Source: an uncultured Collinsella sp.
Lineage (GTDB): Bacteria > Actinomycetota > Coriobacteriia > Coriobacteriales > Coriobacteriaceae
Reading direction: 5' to 3'
DNA length: 64,000 nt
NCBI GenBank assembly: GCA_947002045.1
Contig: CAMQJB010000003.1
Location: forward strand, 6,445 to 70,444
Below the pieces are notes generated by a model. The model made no database searches. It saw only the letters and a program-made list of their open reading frames with translations, and had not been told where the DNA came from. This document shows positions 10,154 to 19,909 of the stretch, piece by piece (position 1 is the stretch's first letter; every line of letters begins with the position of its first letter). The translations under genes were made by a program, and so were the position numbers.

Positions 10154-11515
10154 CTACAAAATAAATCGAAGGACGTCGGAACGAAGCATATAGACAAACA
10201 GCAGCGCAAAGAGCGCGATGCCGACATAGCTGACGATTGTCTGCACCTTGAGCGGCAACTCGTGACCGGCAACCTTTTGGATAATCTCGATAACCAGCTT
10301 TCCCCCGTCGAGCGGCGGAATGGGCAGCAGGTTCATAAAGCCCAGCGAAAACGAAATGAGCGCGGCAAACGTCAAGAACGTAGCAGGGCCGGCTGCCGCC
10401 GCCTGAGAAGACATGACGCTGATGCCCACAATCGAGGAGGACTGATCGAGTATCTCCATCGTATGCTGCGGCTGCAGCAGGCGCATCACGCCCTCAGCAG
10501 TCTGCTGAACATAGGAGAACGACAGGCGTGCCGACGTAATGGGGTCCAAATGGACCACTTGCGTGGAGGCATAAACGCCCAAACGCTCGTCCTCCTTGAG
10601 CGCAACAGAGGTCATAAATTTCTTGCCGTCACGCTGATACTCAATGGCGATATCGTCCTTGCCGGCGGCCGCTCCGATCGCATCATACACGTCCATCCAG
10701 GAAGAGCAGGACACGCCATCGACACTAAGAATTGCGTCGCCGGCCTCGATGCCCGCCTTGGCGGCTATCGAGCCTTCTTCAACCTGACCGATCACATTGC
10801 TATCGACCGGCACCGATACGCCGGCGATAGAGTAGATACTCATAAGCAGCAAAAAGCCCGTCAGGATATTGACGAGAATGCCCGCGAGCAGCATAAAGGC
10901 ACGTTTGAGAAAACCCTGGCCCAGATAGGTATGTGAACGCTCCAGCTCAAGAAACTCCGAAGCAGTGACCGGCAGCTCCCACACATCGCCCTCGGCAGTC
11001 GCATGCTCTCGATCGAACCGGCGGCCGTCAAAGGTGGTATATCCTGCAGCGTCGCGCGGCAGCGTCTGGTACCTGACCGGATAATAGCTGGGTGAAGGCT
11101 TCTCCCCTTCCTCGTACCAAGGCGCAATGGAACCCCAACCCAAAAGCAAGGCACAAGCCTCGAGAACATCCTCCTCGGGCAGCTCCAGCTCGACGGAAAG
11201 GTCTGCAACCGAAACGCGACCATGACGATAGATCGCCGCAAGCACACGGTCGGCGCACGAGACATCGGTCGGGTCCATACCGCAGATAGCGGCATAACCA
11301 CCTAGCAGCAGCGGCGTCACGCCAAACTTGGTACCGATGCGACGCGACGTATGGTGAATGTCAAAGCGGCACGGAAGGCCCAAGAAAAACTCGGTGACGC
11401 GCACGCCGCACGCACGGGCCGCTAAAAAGTGGCCGCCCTCGTGCAGAAACACGAGGACGGATAGCATCAAAAGACCCCAAAAGACCGAGGAAAGAACGCT
11501 CAGAACAGTATCCAT
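10154..11515 (-). CDS. rseP: RIP metalloprotease RseP (M50 family, PDZ domain)
   Basis: HEGGH (HExxH), PDZ segment and NLLPIPPLDGG. ATG at 11515. Confidence 0.92.
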   Translation of the reverse strand: MDTVLSVLSSVFWGLLMLSVLVFLHEGGHFLAARACGVRVTEFFLGLPCRFDIHHTSRRIGTKFGVTPLLLGGYAAICGMDPTDVSCADRVLAAIYRHGRVSVADLSVELELPEEDVLEACALLLGWGSIAPWYEEGEKPSPSYYPVRYQTLPRDAAGYTTFDGRRFDREHATAEGDVWELPVTASEFLELERSHTYLGQGFLKRAFMLLAGILVNILTGFLLLMSIYSIAGVSVPVDSNVIGQVEEGSIAAKAGIEAGDAILSVDGVSCSSWMDVYDAIGAAAGKDDIAIEYQRDGKKFMTSVALKEDERLGVYASTQVVHLDPITSARLSFSYVQQTAEGVMRLLQPQHTMEILDQSSSIVGISVMSSQAAAAGPATFLTFAALISFSLGFMNLLPIPPLDGGKLVIEIIQKVAGHELPLKVQTIVSYVGIALFALLFVYMLRSDVLRFIL

Positions 11516-11538
11516 AAAACGAAAAGCAATCCTTACGA

Positions 11539-12726
11539 TTAAGAGCGGGTTGCAGCGAGCACCTCGGCGGCCTTGGCACGAGCCCACATATCGATATCGC
11601 GAAGCTGCTCAAAGGATGCGACCGCCTGCGTATCGTGTGCATCCATGCACGACTCGACGATACGGTCGATATCGGTAAAGGTACAGGCATCGTGCAGGAA
11701 GGCATCGACGGCAACTTCGTTGGCGGCATTCAGCACGCACGGCATGGTGCCGCCCGTTCTGCCGGCACGCTCGGCCAGCGCCAGGCAGCGGAATGTGTCC
11801 ATATCGGCAGCATCAAACGTGAGCTGCCCGAGCTCGCGGAAATCGATTCGAGGCGCTGGGGTATCCCACCGCTCGGGATACGAGAACGCGAACTGGATGG
11901 GAATGCGCATGTCGGACGCACCAAGATGTGCCATCACAGAGCCGTCCGCATACTCGACCATCGAGTGGATCTTTGACTGGCGCTGAACGACCACGTTGAT
12001 AAAGTCGAGATCGCACCCGAACAGGTGCATCGCCTCGATACGCTCCAAGCCCTTATTCATGAGGGTCGCAGAGTCGATGGTGATCTTAGCGCCCATGGCC
12101 CACGTGGGGTGTGCCAGCGCATCGGAGCGTGTCACGCAATTGAGCTCGTCGCGCGTACGGCCAAAGAACGGACCACCCGAGCAAGTGAGCCAAATGCAGT
12201 GAGCCTCGCGCGGATTCTCCCCCAGATAGCACTGGTAGATGGCGGAGTGCTCGGAGTCGACCGGAATAAGCTGACCGGGCTGCGCCAACGGCATCAGCAG
12301 GTCACCGCCGACAACGAGGGACTCCTTGTTAGCAAGTGCAAGACGCTTGTTCGAGGTCAAGGCCGCATGGCTCGCTTCGAGCCCGGCAGCGCCCACAATG
12401 GCAACAAGCACACAGTCGACGTCATCGCGGCGCGCGAGCTCACAAACCGCCTGCGCACCAACACCGAGCTCGGTGCCCTCGGGCAGCTCCTGCAGCACAG
12501 CGTCCGTACCGTGGGTGGTGTCGGCCACGGCAACGGCCGGAACCGAAAACTCACGGGCAAACGCAACGAGCTCCGAGGTGCTGGAGTTAACGGACAGTGC
12601 CGTCACCTGCAGTCGATCGGCATGCTGACGGCATACATCAAGTGCCTGCGTACCGATAGAGCCCGTACAACCCAGGATGGCAACGCGAAGACGCCCATCG
12701 GGGGCGTACGTCGTCTGAAAGGCCAT
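11539..12726 (-). CDS. dxr: 1-deoxy-D-xylulose-5-phosphate reductoisomerase
   Basis: LGCTGSIG, LANKESLV, PVDSEHSAI and MGAKITIDSATLMNKG. Confidence 0.97.
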   Translation of the reverse strand: MAFQTTYAPDGRLRVAILGCTGSIGTQALDVCRQHADRLQVTALSVNSSTSELVAFAREFSVPAVAVADTTHGTDAVLQELPEGTELGVGAQAVCELARRDDVDCVLVAIVGAAGLEASHAALTSNKRLALANKESLVVGGDLLMPLAQPGQLIPVDSEHSAIYQCYLGENPREAHCIWLTCSGGPFFGRTRDELNCVTRSDALAHPTWAMGAKITIDSATLMNKGLERIEAMHLFGCDLDFINVVVQRQSKIHSMVEYADGSVMAHLGASDMRIPIQFAFSYPERWDTPAPRIDFRELGQLTFDAADMDTFRCLALAERAGRTGGTMPCVLNAANEVAVDAFLHDACTFTDIDRIVESCMDAHDTQAVASFEQLRDIDMWARAKAAEVLAATRS

Positions 12727-13601
12727 TACAGCACGCCTCCGATCATCAAAAGCAGCTGCGCGGTAATGCAGCCAAAGATAAGCGAGTCGCTACGATCGAG
12801 CATGCCGCCATGGCCCGGAATAAGGTTGCCAGAATCCTTGACGCCCACGCCACGCTTGATGCGTGACTCGATGAGGTCACCGATAACGCCCAGGATGGAC
12901 ACAATCACGCCGCAAAGCAGCGCATAGGGCAAGCTCAGCTTATAGAAATGCGTCGCCCACAAAATAAGCCAGATAAGAACCGAGCCCAAGATGCCGCCGA
13001 CAAAGCCCTCCCAGCTCTTTTTGGGAGAGATCTTGGGGACCATCTTGTGCTTGCCGATACGGCTGCCCACGATGTAGGCAAACGAATCGGAGACCCAGAG
13101 AGACGCGCAAACACCCACCGAAAGCAGGGCGCCGGCAAAACCGGGCACGGCATCGCGCAGCAGCACGATGGCCGACAGCATAAAACCGGTGTAGATGGGA
13201 CCCATGAGTGTCACAGCCACATCGGATATGCGGGTACGCGACGAACAGACATACCAAATGCCCACCGCAAGCATCAATGCAAAAAGCAGCGCATTCAACA
13301 GCAGCGAGTCGCCCAGCGCCGAGAGCGGAAAGAGCACGGCGGCAGCGATACCCAGGCGCTCGTTGGCCACCTTGCCATCGAGCTTCGTCATGCGGAAATA
13401 CTCAAAGCAGCACAGGCCGCTCATGACGGAGACGAAGATGGCGGTGGGAACGATACCCAAAACCAGGCAGAGAATAAATACGACGGCGTAGACGATACCT
13501 GCGGCGGCACGGGTAATAAAGCCGGCAAGCCACGAAGTCGCGGCCGCGCCGCTCTTGGCGGCAGGCGCCTTGGGAGCAGACGCCTTGGGACGATCGGACA
13601 C
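12726..13601 (-). CDS. cdsA: Phosphatidate cytidylyltransferase
   Basis: Hydrophobic; SPKKSWEG and KDSGNLIPGHGGMLDRSDS. Confidence 0.95.
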   Translation of the reverse strand: MSDRPKASAPKAPAAKSGAAATSWLAGFITRAAAGIVYAVVFILCLVLGIVPTAIFVSVMSGLCCFEYFRMTKLDGKVANERLGIAAAVLFPLSALGDSLLLNALLFALMLAVGIWYVCSSRTRISDVAVTLMGPIYTGFMLSAIVLLRDAVPGFAGALLSVGVCASLWVSDSFAYIVGSRIGKHKMVPKISPKKSWEGFVGGILGSVLIWLILWATHFYKLSLPYALLCGVIVSILGVIGDLIESRIKRGVGVKDSGNLIPGHGGMLDRSDSLIFGCITAQLLLMIGGVL

Positions 13602-13603
13602 GA

Positions 13604-14398
13604 TTAAGCCTCCTCGGTCTTGCTCAGTCCACCAAACCTACGGTCGCGGCCCTGATAGGCCAAAATGGCGTTGACAAGACCCCAACGATCAAAGTCGGGC
13701 CAATAGGTATCGGTGACATAAAACTCGGAATAGGCAACCTGCCACAGCAGATAGTTCGAAAGGCGAAGCTCGCCGGAGGTTCGAATCACAAGCTCAGGAT
13801 CGGGTAGCCCAGCGGTGTACAGGTGCGAAGCAACCATATCATCGTCGATAGCGGCCGGATCGATCTTTCCGGCAGCGGCATCGAGCGCGATCTGACGGAC
13901 AGCACGGGTGATCTCGGCACGGGCTCCGTAGTTGACGGCAAGTGCCAGCGTCATGCCGGTATGGTCGGCACACTCGGCAAGACCTCGCTCAAAGACATCG
14001 CGGGTCTTCTTGGGCAGTGCGGAAATATCGCCCAAAAAGACAACGCGCACGTTTTCGCGCTTAAGCAGCGGCAGCTCATCGATAAACGTCTTAGCAAACA
14101 GATGCATTAAAACGTTGACCTCATGCTGCGGACGATTCCAGTTTTCGGTGGAAAACGCATAGGCCGAAAGGACGTCGACGCCCAAACGCACGCATGCGGT
14201 AATAATCTCGCGCAGGGAGACGATACCGGCCTTGTGTCCCTCGGTGCGGGCAAGACCGCGCGCCGTGGCCCAGCGACCGTTACCGTCCATGATGCACGAA
14301 ATATGATGCGGAATCTTATTGAGGTCAAGGTCGGAAAAACCGACGCCCGCAGGGGCGTCGGCAAAGTACTCGACCAGTTTGTTCTCGTCGTATTGCAC
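13604..14398 (-). CDS. uppS: Undecaprenyl/polyprenyl diphosphate synthase
   Basis: HISCIMDGNGRWA, AFSTENWNRP and IRTSGELRLSNYLLWQ. Confidence 0.96.
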   Translation of the reverse strand: MQYDENKLVEYFADAPAGVGFSDLDLNKIPHHISCIMDGNGRWATARGLARTEGHKAGIVSLREIITACVRLGVDVLSAYAFSTENWNRPQHEVNVLMHLFAKTFIDELPLLKRENVRVVFLGDISALPKKTRDVFERGLAECADHTGMTLALAVNYGARAEITRAVRQIALDAAAGKIDPAAIDDDMVASHLYTAGLPDPELVIRTSGELRLSNYLLWQVAYSEFYVTDTYWPDFDRWGLVNAILAYQGRDRRFGGLSKTEEA

Positions 14399-14399
14399 C

Positions 14400-14936
14400 T
14401 TAGATCTCCATGACCTCGGCTTCTTTTTCCTTCAGAAGCTCCTCAACCTTGGCAACATACTCATCGGTATACTTCTGGACCTTGGCCTGCTCGCGACGGA
14501 CATCGTCCTCGGTGAGCTCTTCGTCGCGCTCGAGCTTGTTGTTAAAGTCGCGACGGATGTTGCGAATGGAGACCTTGGCCTGCTCGGCATACTCGCGGCA
14601 CTCCTTGACGAGCTCGCGACGACGCTCCTCGGTGGGAGCCGGGAACGGCAGGCGCACGACGGTACCGTCAGAGTTGGGAGTAATGCCCAGATCGGAAGCG
14701 CTGATAGCCTTCACGATTGCGTTGACGAGCGCCTTGTCCCAGGGCTCGATAAACAGCATGTGAGCCTCGGGGGTCTTAACGGCGGCAACCTGGGTAACCG
14801 GCGTGGGAACACCGTAGTAATCGACCGAAATGTCGGACAGAATGTTAGCGTTGGCGCGGCCCGTGCGAACCTTGGAGAAGTTGTGCTTGAGGGACTCGAG
14901 CGACTTGTCCATGTGGGCGGTGATATTCTCTGCCAT
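14400..14936 (-). CDS. frr: Ribosome recycling factor
   Basis: KVRTGRAN, VDYYGVPTP, PTEERRRELVK and IRNIRRD. Confidence 0.97.
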   Translation of the reverse strand: MAENITAHMDKSLESLKHNFSKVRTGRANANILSDISVDYYGVPTPVTQVAAVKTPEAHMLFIEPWDKALVNAIVKAISASDLGITPNSDGTVVRLPFPAPTEERRRELVKECREYAEQAKVSIRNIRRDFNNKLERDEELTEDDVRREQAKVQKYTDEYVAKVEELLKEKEAEVMEI

Positions 14937-14938
14937 GC

Positions 14939-15661
14939 TTAATCCTCCTGATAGACGAGCGTGCCGACGGGCTCACCCGAAAGCGCGCGTTTGACGGTGT
15001 CCTCGCCATCGATGTTGAGGACCAAAATCGGCATACGGTTATCCTGGCACAGCGCCGTGGCCGTGGAATCCATAACCTGCAGACCGCGGACGAGAACCTC
15101 GTGATAGGTAATCTTGTCAAAACGGACGGCATCGGAACACTTGACAGGATCCTTGTCGTAGATGCCGTCAACCTTGGTGGCCTTAATCAGAATCTCGGCA
15201 CCGATCTCGCAGGCACGAAGAGCCGCGGCGGTGTCGGTCGTAAAGTACGGATTGCCCGAACCGGCGGCAAAAATAACGACATTACCCTTGGAAAGGTGGT
15301 TGATGGCGCGACGGCGAATATAGGGCTCGCAGATCTCGTTCATCTGGATAGCGCTCATCACGCGGCAGGGAACATCGTTGTGCTCAAAGGCATCCTGCAG
15401 GGCAAGCGCGTTCATAACGGTTGCCAGCATGCCCATGTAGTCGGCCTGGGCGCGCTCCATGCCACCAGCAGCGCCGGCCATGCCGCGGAAAATGTTGCCG
15501 CCGCCGACAACAACGCCGACCTCATGGCCAACGGCGAGCAGCTCCTTGACCTGCTTGGCAAGATGGTCGGTAATCTTGGGGTCGATGCCATATTGGCCGT
15601 CGCCCATCAGTGCTTCGCCGGAAAGCTTCAGAAGCACGCGTTTATATCGGATGTCGGACAA
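14939..15661 (-). CDS. pyrH: UMP kinase
   Basis: [34 protein letters not shown] and VMDSTA. Confidence 0.97.
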   Translation of the reverse strand: MSDIRYKRVLLKLSGEALMGDGQYGIDPKITDHLAKQVKELLAVGHEVGVVVGGGNIFRGMAGAAGGMERAQADYMGMLATVMNALALQDAFEHNDVPCRVMSAIQMNEICEPYIRRRAINHLSKGNVVIFAAGSGNPYFTTDTAAALRACEIGAEILIKATKVDGIYDKDPVKCSDAVRFDKITYHEVLVRGLQVMDSTATALCQDNRMPILVLNIDGEDTVKRALSGEPVGTLVYQED

Positions 15662-15720
15662 AGCGATCCTCCTTTAATTAGACTCTCAATATGATAGCAA
15701 AGGCTCTGATAAGAGCCATG

Positions 15721-15754
15721 AAAAAGCAGGCTGTGAGTAAAACCCACAGCCTGC
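15721..15754 (-). terminator. Intrinsic terminator after tsf
   Basis: Perfect 10-bp stem GCAGGCTGTG/CACAGCCTGC with a T-run on the minus strand. Confidence 0.8.
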
Positions 15755-15778
15755 TCATTACCAGCTACAAGAGCTTAT

Positions 15779-16648
15779 TTACTCGCCACGGACCAGACGG
15801 TCGAAGGCAACGACGGTAATGCTATCGCCGAGCTCCTTGGAGACCTGCTCAGCGTACTTCTTGATGGTGAGGGAGCTGTCCTTGATGAACTCCTGCTCGG
15901 TGAGCACGGACTGCTTGTAGAACTTCTCCAGACGGCCAACAGCCATCTTCTCCTGGATAGCCTCGGGCTTGCCGGACTCGGCAGCCTGAGCCATGTAGAT
16001 CTCCTTCTCGTGCTCGACGGTCTCGGCCGGAACCTGATCGCGGGTAGCGCAAATCGGGGCGACGGCGGCAACCTGAAGGGCAACGTCGTGAGCGAAGGTC
16101 TTGAAGGACTCGGCCTGAGCGGTCTCGGCCTTCTCGAAAGCGAACTCGACGAGGACGCCGATCTTACCACCCATGTGGATGTAAGAAGCGAGAGCGCCGT
16201 TCTCGGCCTTGCGAGCGGAGAAACGAGCGATCTTCATGTTCTCGCCCATGATGTGAATCATCTCGGTGAGCTCGGAGGAAACGGTCTCCTCGCCCATCGG
16301 CTTCTCGAGCAGAGCATCGACATCGGCCGGCTCGGTGGTAGCGACAACCTCGGCGACCTTGGAAGCAAAGCCGGTGAACTTGGCGTTGGAGCCGACGAAG
16401 TCGGTCTCGCAGGAAAGCTCGAGCAGAGCGCCGGACTTGCCGTCCTCGGAGACGAACGCGGCGACAGCGCCCTCGTTGGTCTCACGGCCAGCCTTCTTGG
16501 CAGCCTTGGCGAGGCCGTTCTTGCGCAGAACGTCAACAGCGACGTCCATGTCGCCGTCAGCCTCGACGAGAGCCTTCTTGCACTCCATCATCGGGGAGTC
16601 GGTCATCTCGCGGAGCTGCTTGACCATAGCGGCAGTAATCTGGGCCAT
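15779..16648 (-). CDS. tsf: Elongation factor Ts
   Basis: AAMVKQLREMT, MMECKKAL and CETDFV. ATG at 16648. Confidence 0.97.
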   Translation of the reverse strand: MAQITAAMVKQLREMTDSPMMECKKALVEADGDMDVAVDVLRKNGLAKAAKKAGRETNEGAVAAFVSEDGKSGALLELSCETDFVGSNAKFTGFASKVAEVVATTEPADVDALLEKPMGEETVSSELTEMIHIMGENMKIARFSARKAENGALASYIHMGGKIGVLVEFAFEKAETAQAESFKTFAHDVALQVAAVAPICATRDQVPAETVEHEKEIYMAQAAESGKPEAIQEKMAVGRLEKFYKQSVLTEQEFIKDSSLTIKKYAEQVSKELGDSITVVAFDRLVRGE

Positions 16649-16693
16649 TGTGGTTCCTTTCAAAGAGATGAAAAAGACTTAAATAGGACTGAT

Positions 16694-17422
16694 TTACTCG
16701 GCCTTGAGCTCGGCGGCCATCTCGACCTCGGAGACCTGCTCCTTACCGGAGCCAGCGAGGCAGGCGTCGGCCATGAGCTCGCACATAAGGGTGACAGCGG
16801 AGATGGCGTCATCGTTGCAGGGGATGCCGTACTCGACCTCGTCGGGATCGGAGTTGGTGTCGATCAGAGCGACGACGGGGATGTTCAGGCGCTGGGCCTC
16901 CTTGATGGCGTTCTCCTCGCGCTTGGTGTCGATGACGAAGAGAGCCTGGGGCAGACCCTTCATGTCGCGGGCGCCACCGAGGTTGGTCTGGAGCTTAGCG
17001 AGCTCCTTGCCGAGCACTGCCTGCTCCTTCTTGGGCAGCACTGCCATGCGGCCGTCCTCGACCATGGCCTCGAGCTCCTCCATGCGGTTGATGCGGGAGC
17101 GGATGGTGACGAAGTTGGTCAGCATGCCGCCGAGCCAACGCTGGTTGATGTAAGGCATGTTGGCGCGCTCAGCGGCGTTCTTAACGGCCTCCTGAGCCTG
17201 CTTCTTGGTGCCGACGAACAGCACGTTGCCGCCCTTGGCGACGTTCTTGACGAAGGTGTAGGCCTGATCGGCGTCAAGGATGGTCTGCTTGAGGTCGAGG
17301 ATGTAGATGCCGTTGCGCTCACCGAAGATGAACGGCTTCATCTTGGGGTTCCAGCGACGGGTCTGGTGACCGAAGTGGCAGCCGGCCTCGAGCAGGGTGC
17401 GGATATTAATCTTGGTAGCCAT
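16694..17422 (-). CDS. rpsB: 30S ribosomal protein S2
   Basis: [25 protein letters not shown] and IPCNDDAI. Confidence 0.98.
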   Translation of the reverse strand: MATKINIRTLLEAGCHFGHQTRRWNPKMKPFIFGERNGIYILDLKQTILDADQAYTFVKNVAKGGNVLFVGTKKQAQEAVKNAAERANMPYINQRWLGGMLTNFVTIRSRINRMEELEAMVEDGRMAVLPKKEQAVLGKELAKLQTNLGGARDMKGLPQALFVIDTKREENAIKEAQRLNIPVVALIDTNSDPDEVEYGIPCNDDAISAVTLMCELMADACLAGSGKEQVSEVEMAAELKAE

Positions 17423-17432
17423 ATTAAACCTC

Positions 17433-17535
17433 CTGTGGTTTGCCTCCGCGCGGGGTCATCCTCCAAAACCAACCCGGACATGTGCTACCAAAGCCCGGGC
17501 ACCACGGTATGAAGTAGCCGCGCGTGCGTGATAAA
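17433..17535 (-). promoter_or_regulatory. rpsB 5' leader (t44/S2 autoregulatory RNA-like)
   Basis: Structured leader CACGCACGCGCGG...CCGTGGTGCCC...CGCGCGGAGGCAAACC resembles the known rpsB leader (GGAGGC..AACC 3' motif) at the expected position. Confidence 0.65.
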
Positions 17536-17640
17536 AACCTGTTGCCGTGAAGCAACCCGATGAATGATAGCAGGATTGCCTCTTCCTGCCAACCCGCAAT
17601 CAAAACCACACACCTCGGTGCGGCGCGGGAGGCCCTTCTC

Positions 17641-18561
17641 CTACTCGCCGCGGGGGTGTGCCTGACTCACGGCACGCTTGAGTCGGTCGGGCGTGAGGTG
17701 CGTATAGATCTGCGTCGTGGACAAGCTCGCATGCCCCAGCAGCTCCTGAACCGAGCGCAGATCCGCGCCGCCCTCGAGCAGGTCGGTCGCAAAGGTGTGG
17801 CGCATCGCATGCGGGGCGATGTCGGCAGGAATGCCGGCAAGTGCCGCAAGCATGTGGAAACGCCTCCTCAGCATGGCGGCACTCATGCGGTTTCCGCGCG
17901 CCGAGATAAACAGCGGATGCACGCCGTTCGCACTATCGACACGCTTTGCCTGCACAAGGAGATGTGGCCTCCCCTCCTCAATATAGCGGCGAGTCGCCTC
18001 GAGAGCGCGCCGATAGAGGGGCACGATACGCTCCTTGCTCCCCTTGCCCCAAAGTCGCAGCGTTCGCTCTGACCAAGCAATGGACTCCACGTTGAGCGCC
18101 GCGAGCTCCGAGATTCGCGCGCCGGAGGCATAGAGCAGCTCGAGCATCGCTGCATCACGCAGCCCCGAAGGCGTCGAGGTGTCGGGGGCCTCGAGCAACG
18201 CCTCGACTTGCCGGGTCGTCAGCACACCGGGAAGATCGCGCGGCAGTTTGGGCGAGGATATCGCCGAGACCGCATCGCCCTCAACGATTCCCTCGGCAGC
18301 CATCCACCGATAGAGCGAGCGAATGGCAGACAGATGCGCCGCAAGGGTCCGAGCCGCCACCTGGCCACGCGACAGCTCGGCCAAATAGGAGCGAACGGTC
18401 CGTACGTCGGCGACGCGAGCGTCGATGCCCTCGCGGTCGCACCACGCGGCGAAGCGCTCGAGCCGCGAGGCGTAGGCCGTTACCGTATTGGGAGCGAGCC
18501 CCTCGACGCGTGCAATGTAGGCGATGAACGAGTCGACGGCATCGTACAGGTCAAAGGCTAT
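17641..18561 (-). CDS. xerC: Tyrosine recombinase XerC/XerD; full-length frame starts at a non-canonical codon
   Basis: Catalytic motifs ELLYASGARISE, GKGSKER, HAMRHTFAT, LLGHASLSTTQIY. The open frame extends ~59 codons upstream of the TTG at 18384 and encodes the N-terminal domain (VDSFIAYIARVEGLAPNTVTAYASRL). Confidence 0.88.
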   Translation of the reverse strand: MAFDLYDAVDSFIAYIARVEGLAPNTVTAYASRLERFAAWCDREGIDARVADVRTVRSYLAELSRGQVAARTLAAHLSAIRSLYRWMAAEGIVEGDAVSAISSPKLPRDLPGVLTTRQVEALLEAPDTSTPSGLRDAAMLELLYASGARISELAALNVESIAWSERTLRLWGKGSKERIVPLYRRALEATRRYIEEGRPHLLVQAKRVDSANGVHPLFISARGNRMSAAMLRRRFHMLAALAGIPADIAPHAMRHTFATDLLEGGADLRSVQELLGHASLSTTQIYTHLTPDRLKRAVSQAHPRGE

Positions 18562-19901
18562 GACCTCTCGCCTCCAAACAGATCGGAGCGCGTTTCCAGA
18601 TAGGCGTCCAAGGCCTTGAGGGCGCGATCCGCATAGGCCTGGTAACGATCGCGCTTGCTGCGACGCTTACCGTCCTCGAGCGGCGGCACGAGCCCAAAGT
18701 TGACGTGCATGGGCTGATAGCCCACCGTAGCCGGATCGGTCGCATAGCCCACGAGTGCGCCTAGGGCGCCCACGCGCGGCAGCTTGACGCCCACGGCACC
18801 GATAGCCTCAGCATAGGTGTTGAGCGCGGCGAGCAGACCCGTCGCCACGGCCTCCATGTACCCCTCGGTACCGGTAATCTGGCCGGCAAGACGCACGCTC
18901 GTGCCGGGAACGGCAAAGGTGCCGTCGAGCACGTGCGGAGCATCGACAAAGGTGTTGCGGTGCATGACGCCGTAGCGGAAGAACTCGGCGTTCTCCAGGC
19001 CGGGAACCATATGGAAGACGCGCTTCTGTTCGCCGAAGGTCAGGTTGGTCTGGAAGCCAACCAGGTTATAGGCGGTCTTCTCCTTGTTCTCGGCGCGCAG
19101 CTGAATTGCCGCCCAGGGACGGCGACCGGTGCGCGGGTCGGTGAGCCCGACGGGCTTCATGGCGCCAAAGCGGATGGCATCCTTGCCCGTGCGCGCAACC
19201 TCCTCGGCAGGCTGGCAGGCCTGGAACAGGTCCCCGCCCTCAAAATCCTTGAGCACCACGCGATCGGCCGTTGTGAGCGCCTCGATAAAGGCCTCGTACT
19301 CTTCCTTGTTGAGCGGGGCGTTGAGATAGTCGCCACTCCCCTGCTCCTCGTAGCGCGACTGCGAGAACAGCACGTCCATATCGAGCGTCGAGGCATCGAC
19401 GATCGGGGCGGCCGCGTCAAAGAACGCCAGGGCGTCCCCGCCGACGAGCTTCATGACCTCCTCACTCAATGCCGGCGAGCATAGGGGGCCCGCGGCGATA
19501 ACCACATGACCCTCGGGAATCTGGGTGACCTCACCGTGGACGACCTCGATATTGGGGCGGGCGGCAACCTCAGCCTCGACGAGCTCGGAAAACTTGACGC
19601 GGTCGACCGCCAGGGCGCCGCCGGCAGGAACGGCCGCACGATGAGCGCAGTCGAGCAGCACAGAGCCCATGCGCTCGAGCTCGGCCTTCAGCAGACCGGC
19701 GGCGGAATCGGGACGGGTCGATTTAAACGAATTGGAGCAGACGAGCTCCGCCAAGTGATCGGTATGGTGGGCAGGAGAGCTTACCTGCGGGCGCATCTCG
19801 CACAGCTTTACGGCGAACCCGCGATCTGCCAGCTGAATCGCGCATTCCGATCCCGCCAGACCGCCACCGATAACCGTCACCTGATCAAACAGCATCTGCA
19901 A
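18558..19901 (-). CDS. trmFO: tRNA (uracil-5)-methyltransferase TrmFO (gid)
   Basis: GGGLAGSECA, ELVCSNSF, YNLVGFQT, RYGVMHRN and GQITGTEGY. Confidence 0.96.
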   Translation of the reverse strand: MQMLFDQVTVIGGGLAGSECAIQLADRGFAVKLCEMRPQVSSPAHHTDHLAELVCSNSFKSTRPDSAAGLLKAELERMGSVLLDCAHRAAVPAGGALAVDRVKFSELVEAEVAARPNIEVVHGEVTQIPEGHVVIAAGPLCSPALSEEVMKLVGGDALAFFDAAAPIVDASTLDMDVLFSQSRYEEQGSGDYLNAPLNKEEYEAFIEALTTADRVVLKDFEGGDLFQACQPAEEVARTGKDAIRFGAMKPVGLTDPRTGRRPWAAIQLRAENKEKTAYNLVGFQTNLTFGEQKRVFHMVPGLENAEFFRYGVMHRNTFVDAPHVLDGTFAVPGTSVRLAGQITGTEGYMEAVATGLLAALNTYAEAIGAVGVKLPRVGALGALVGYATDPATVGYQPMHVNFGLVPPLEDGKRRSKRDRYQAYADRALKALDAYLETRSDLFGGERS

Positions 19902-19909
19902 ACACCTTT

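Noticed and set aside
17641-18561. Tyrosine recombinase as a phage or island integrase
   Set aside because: It sits in the conserved rnhB-yraN-yifB-dprA-trmFO-xerC-rpsB housekeeping order with no att sites or cargo genes.
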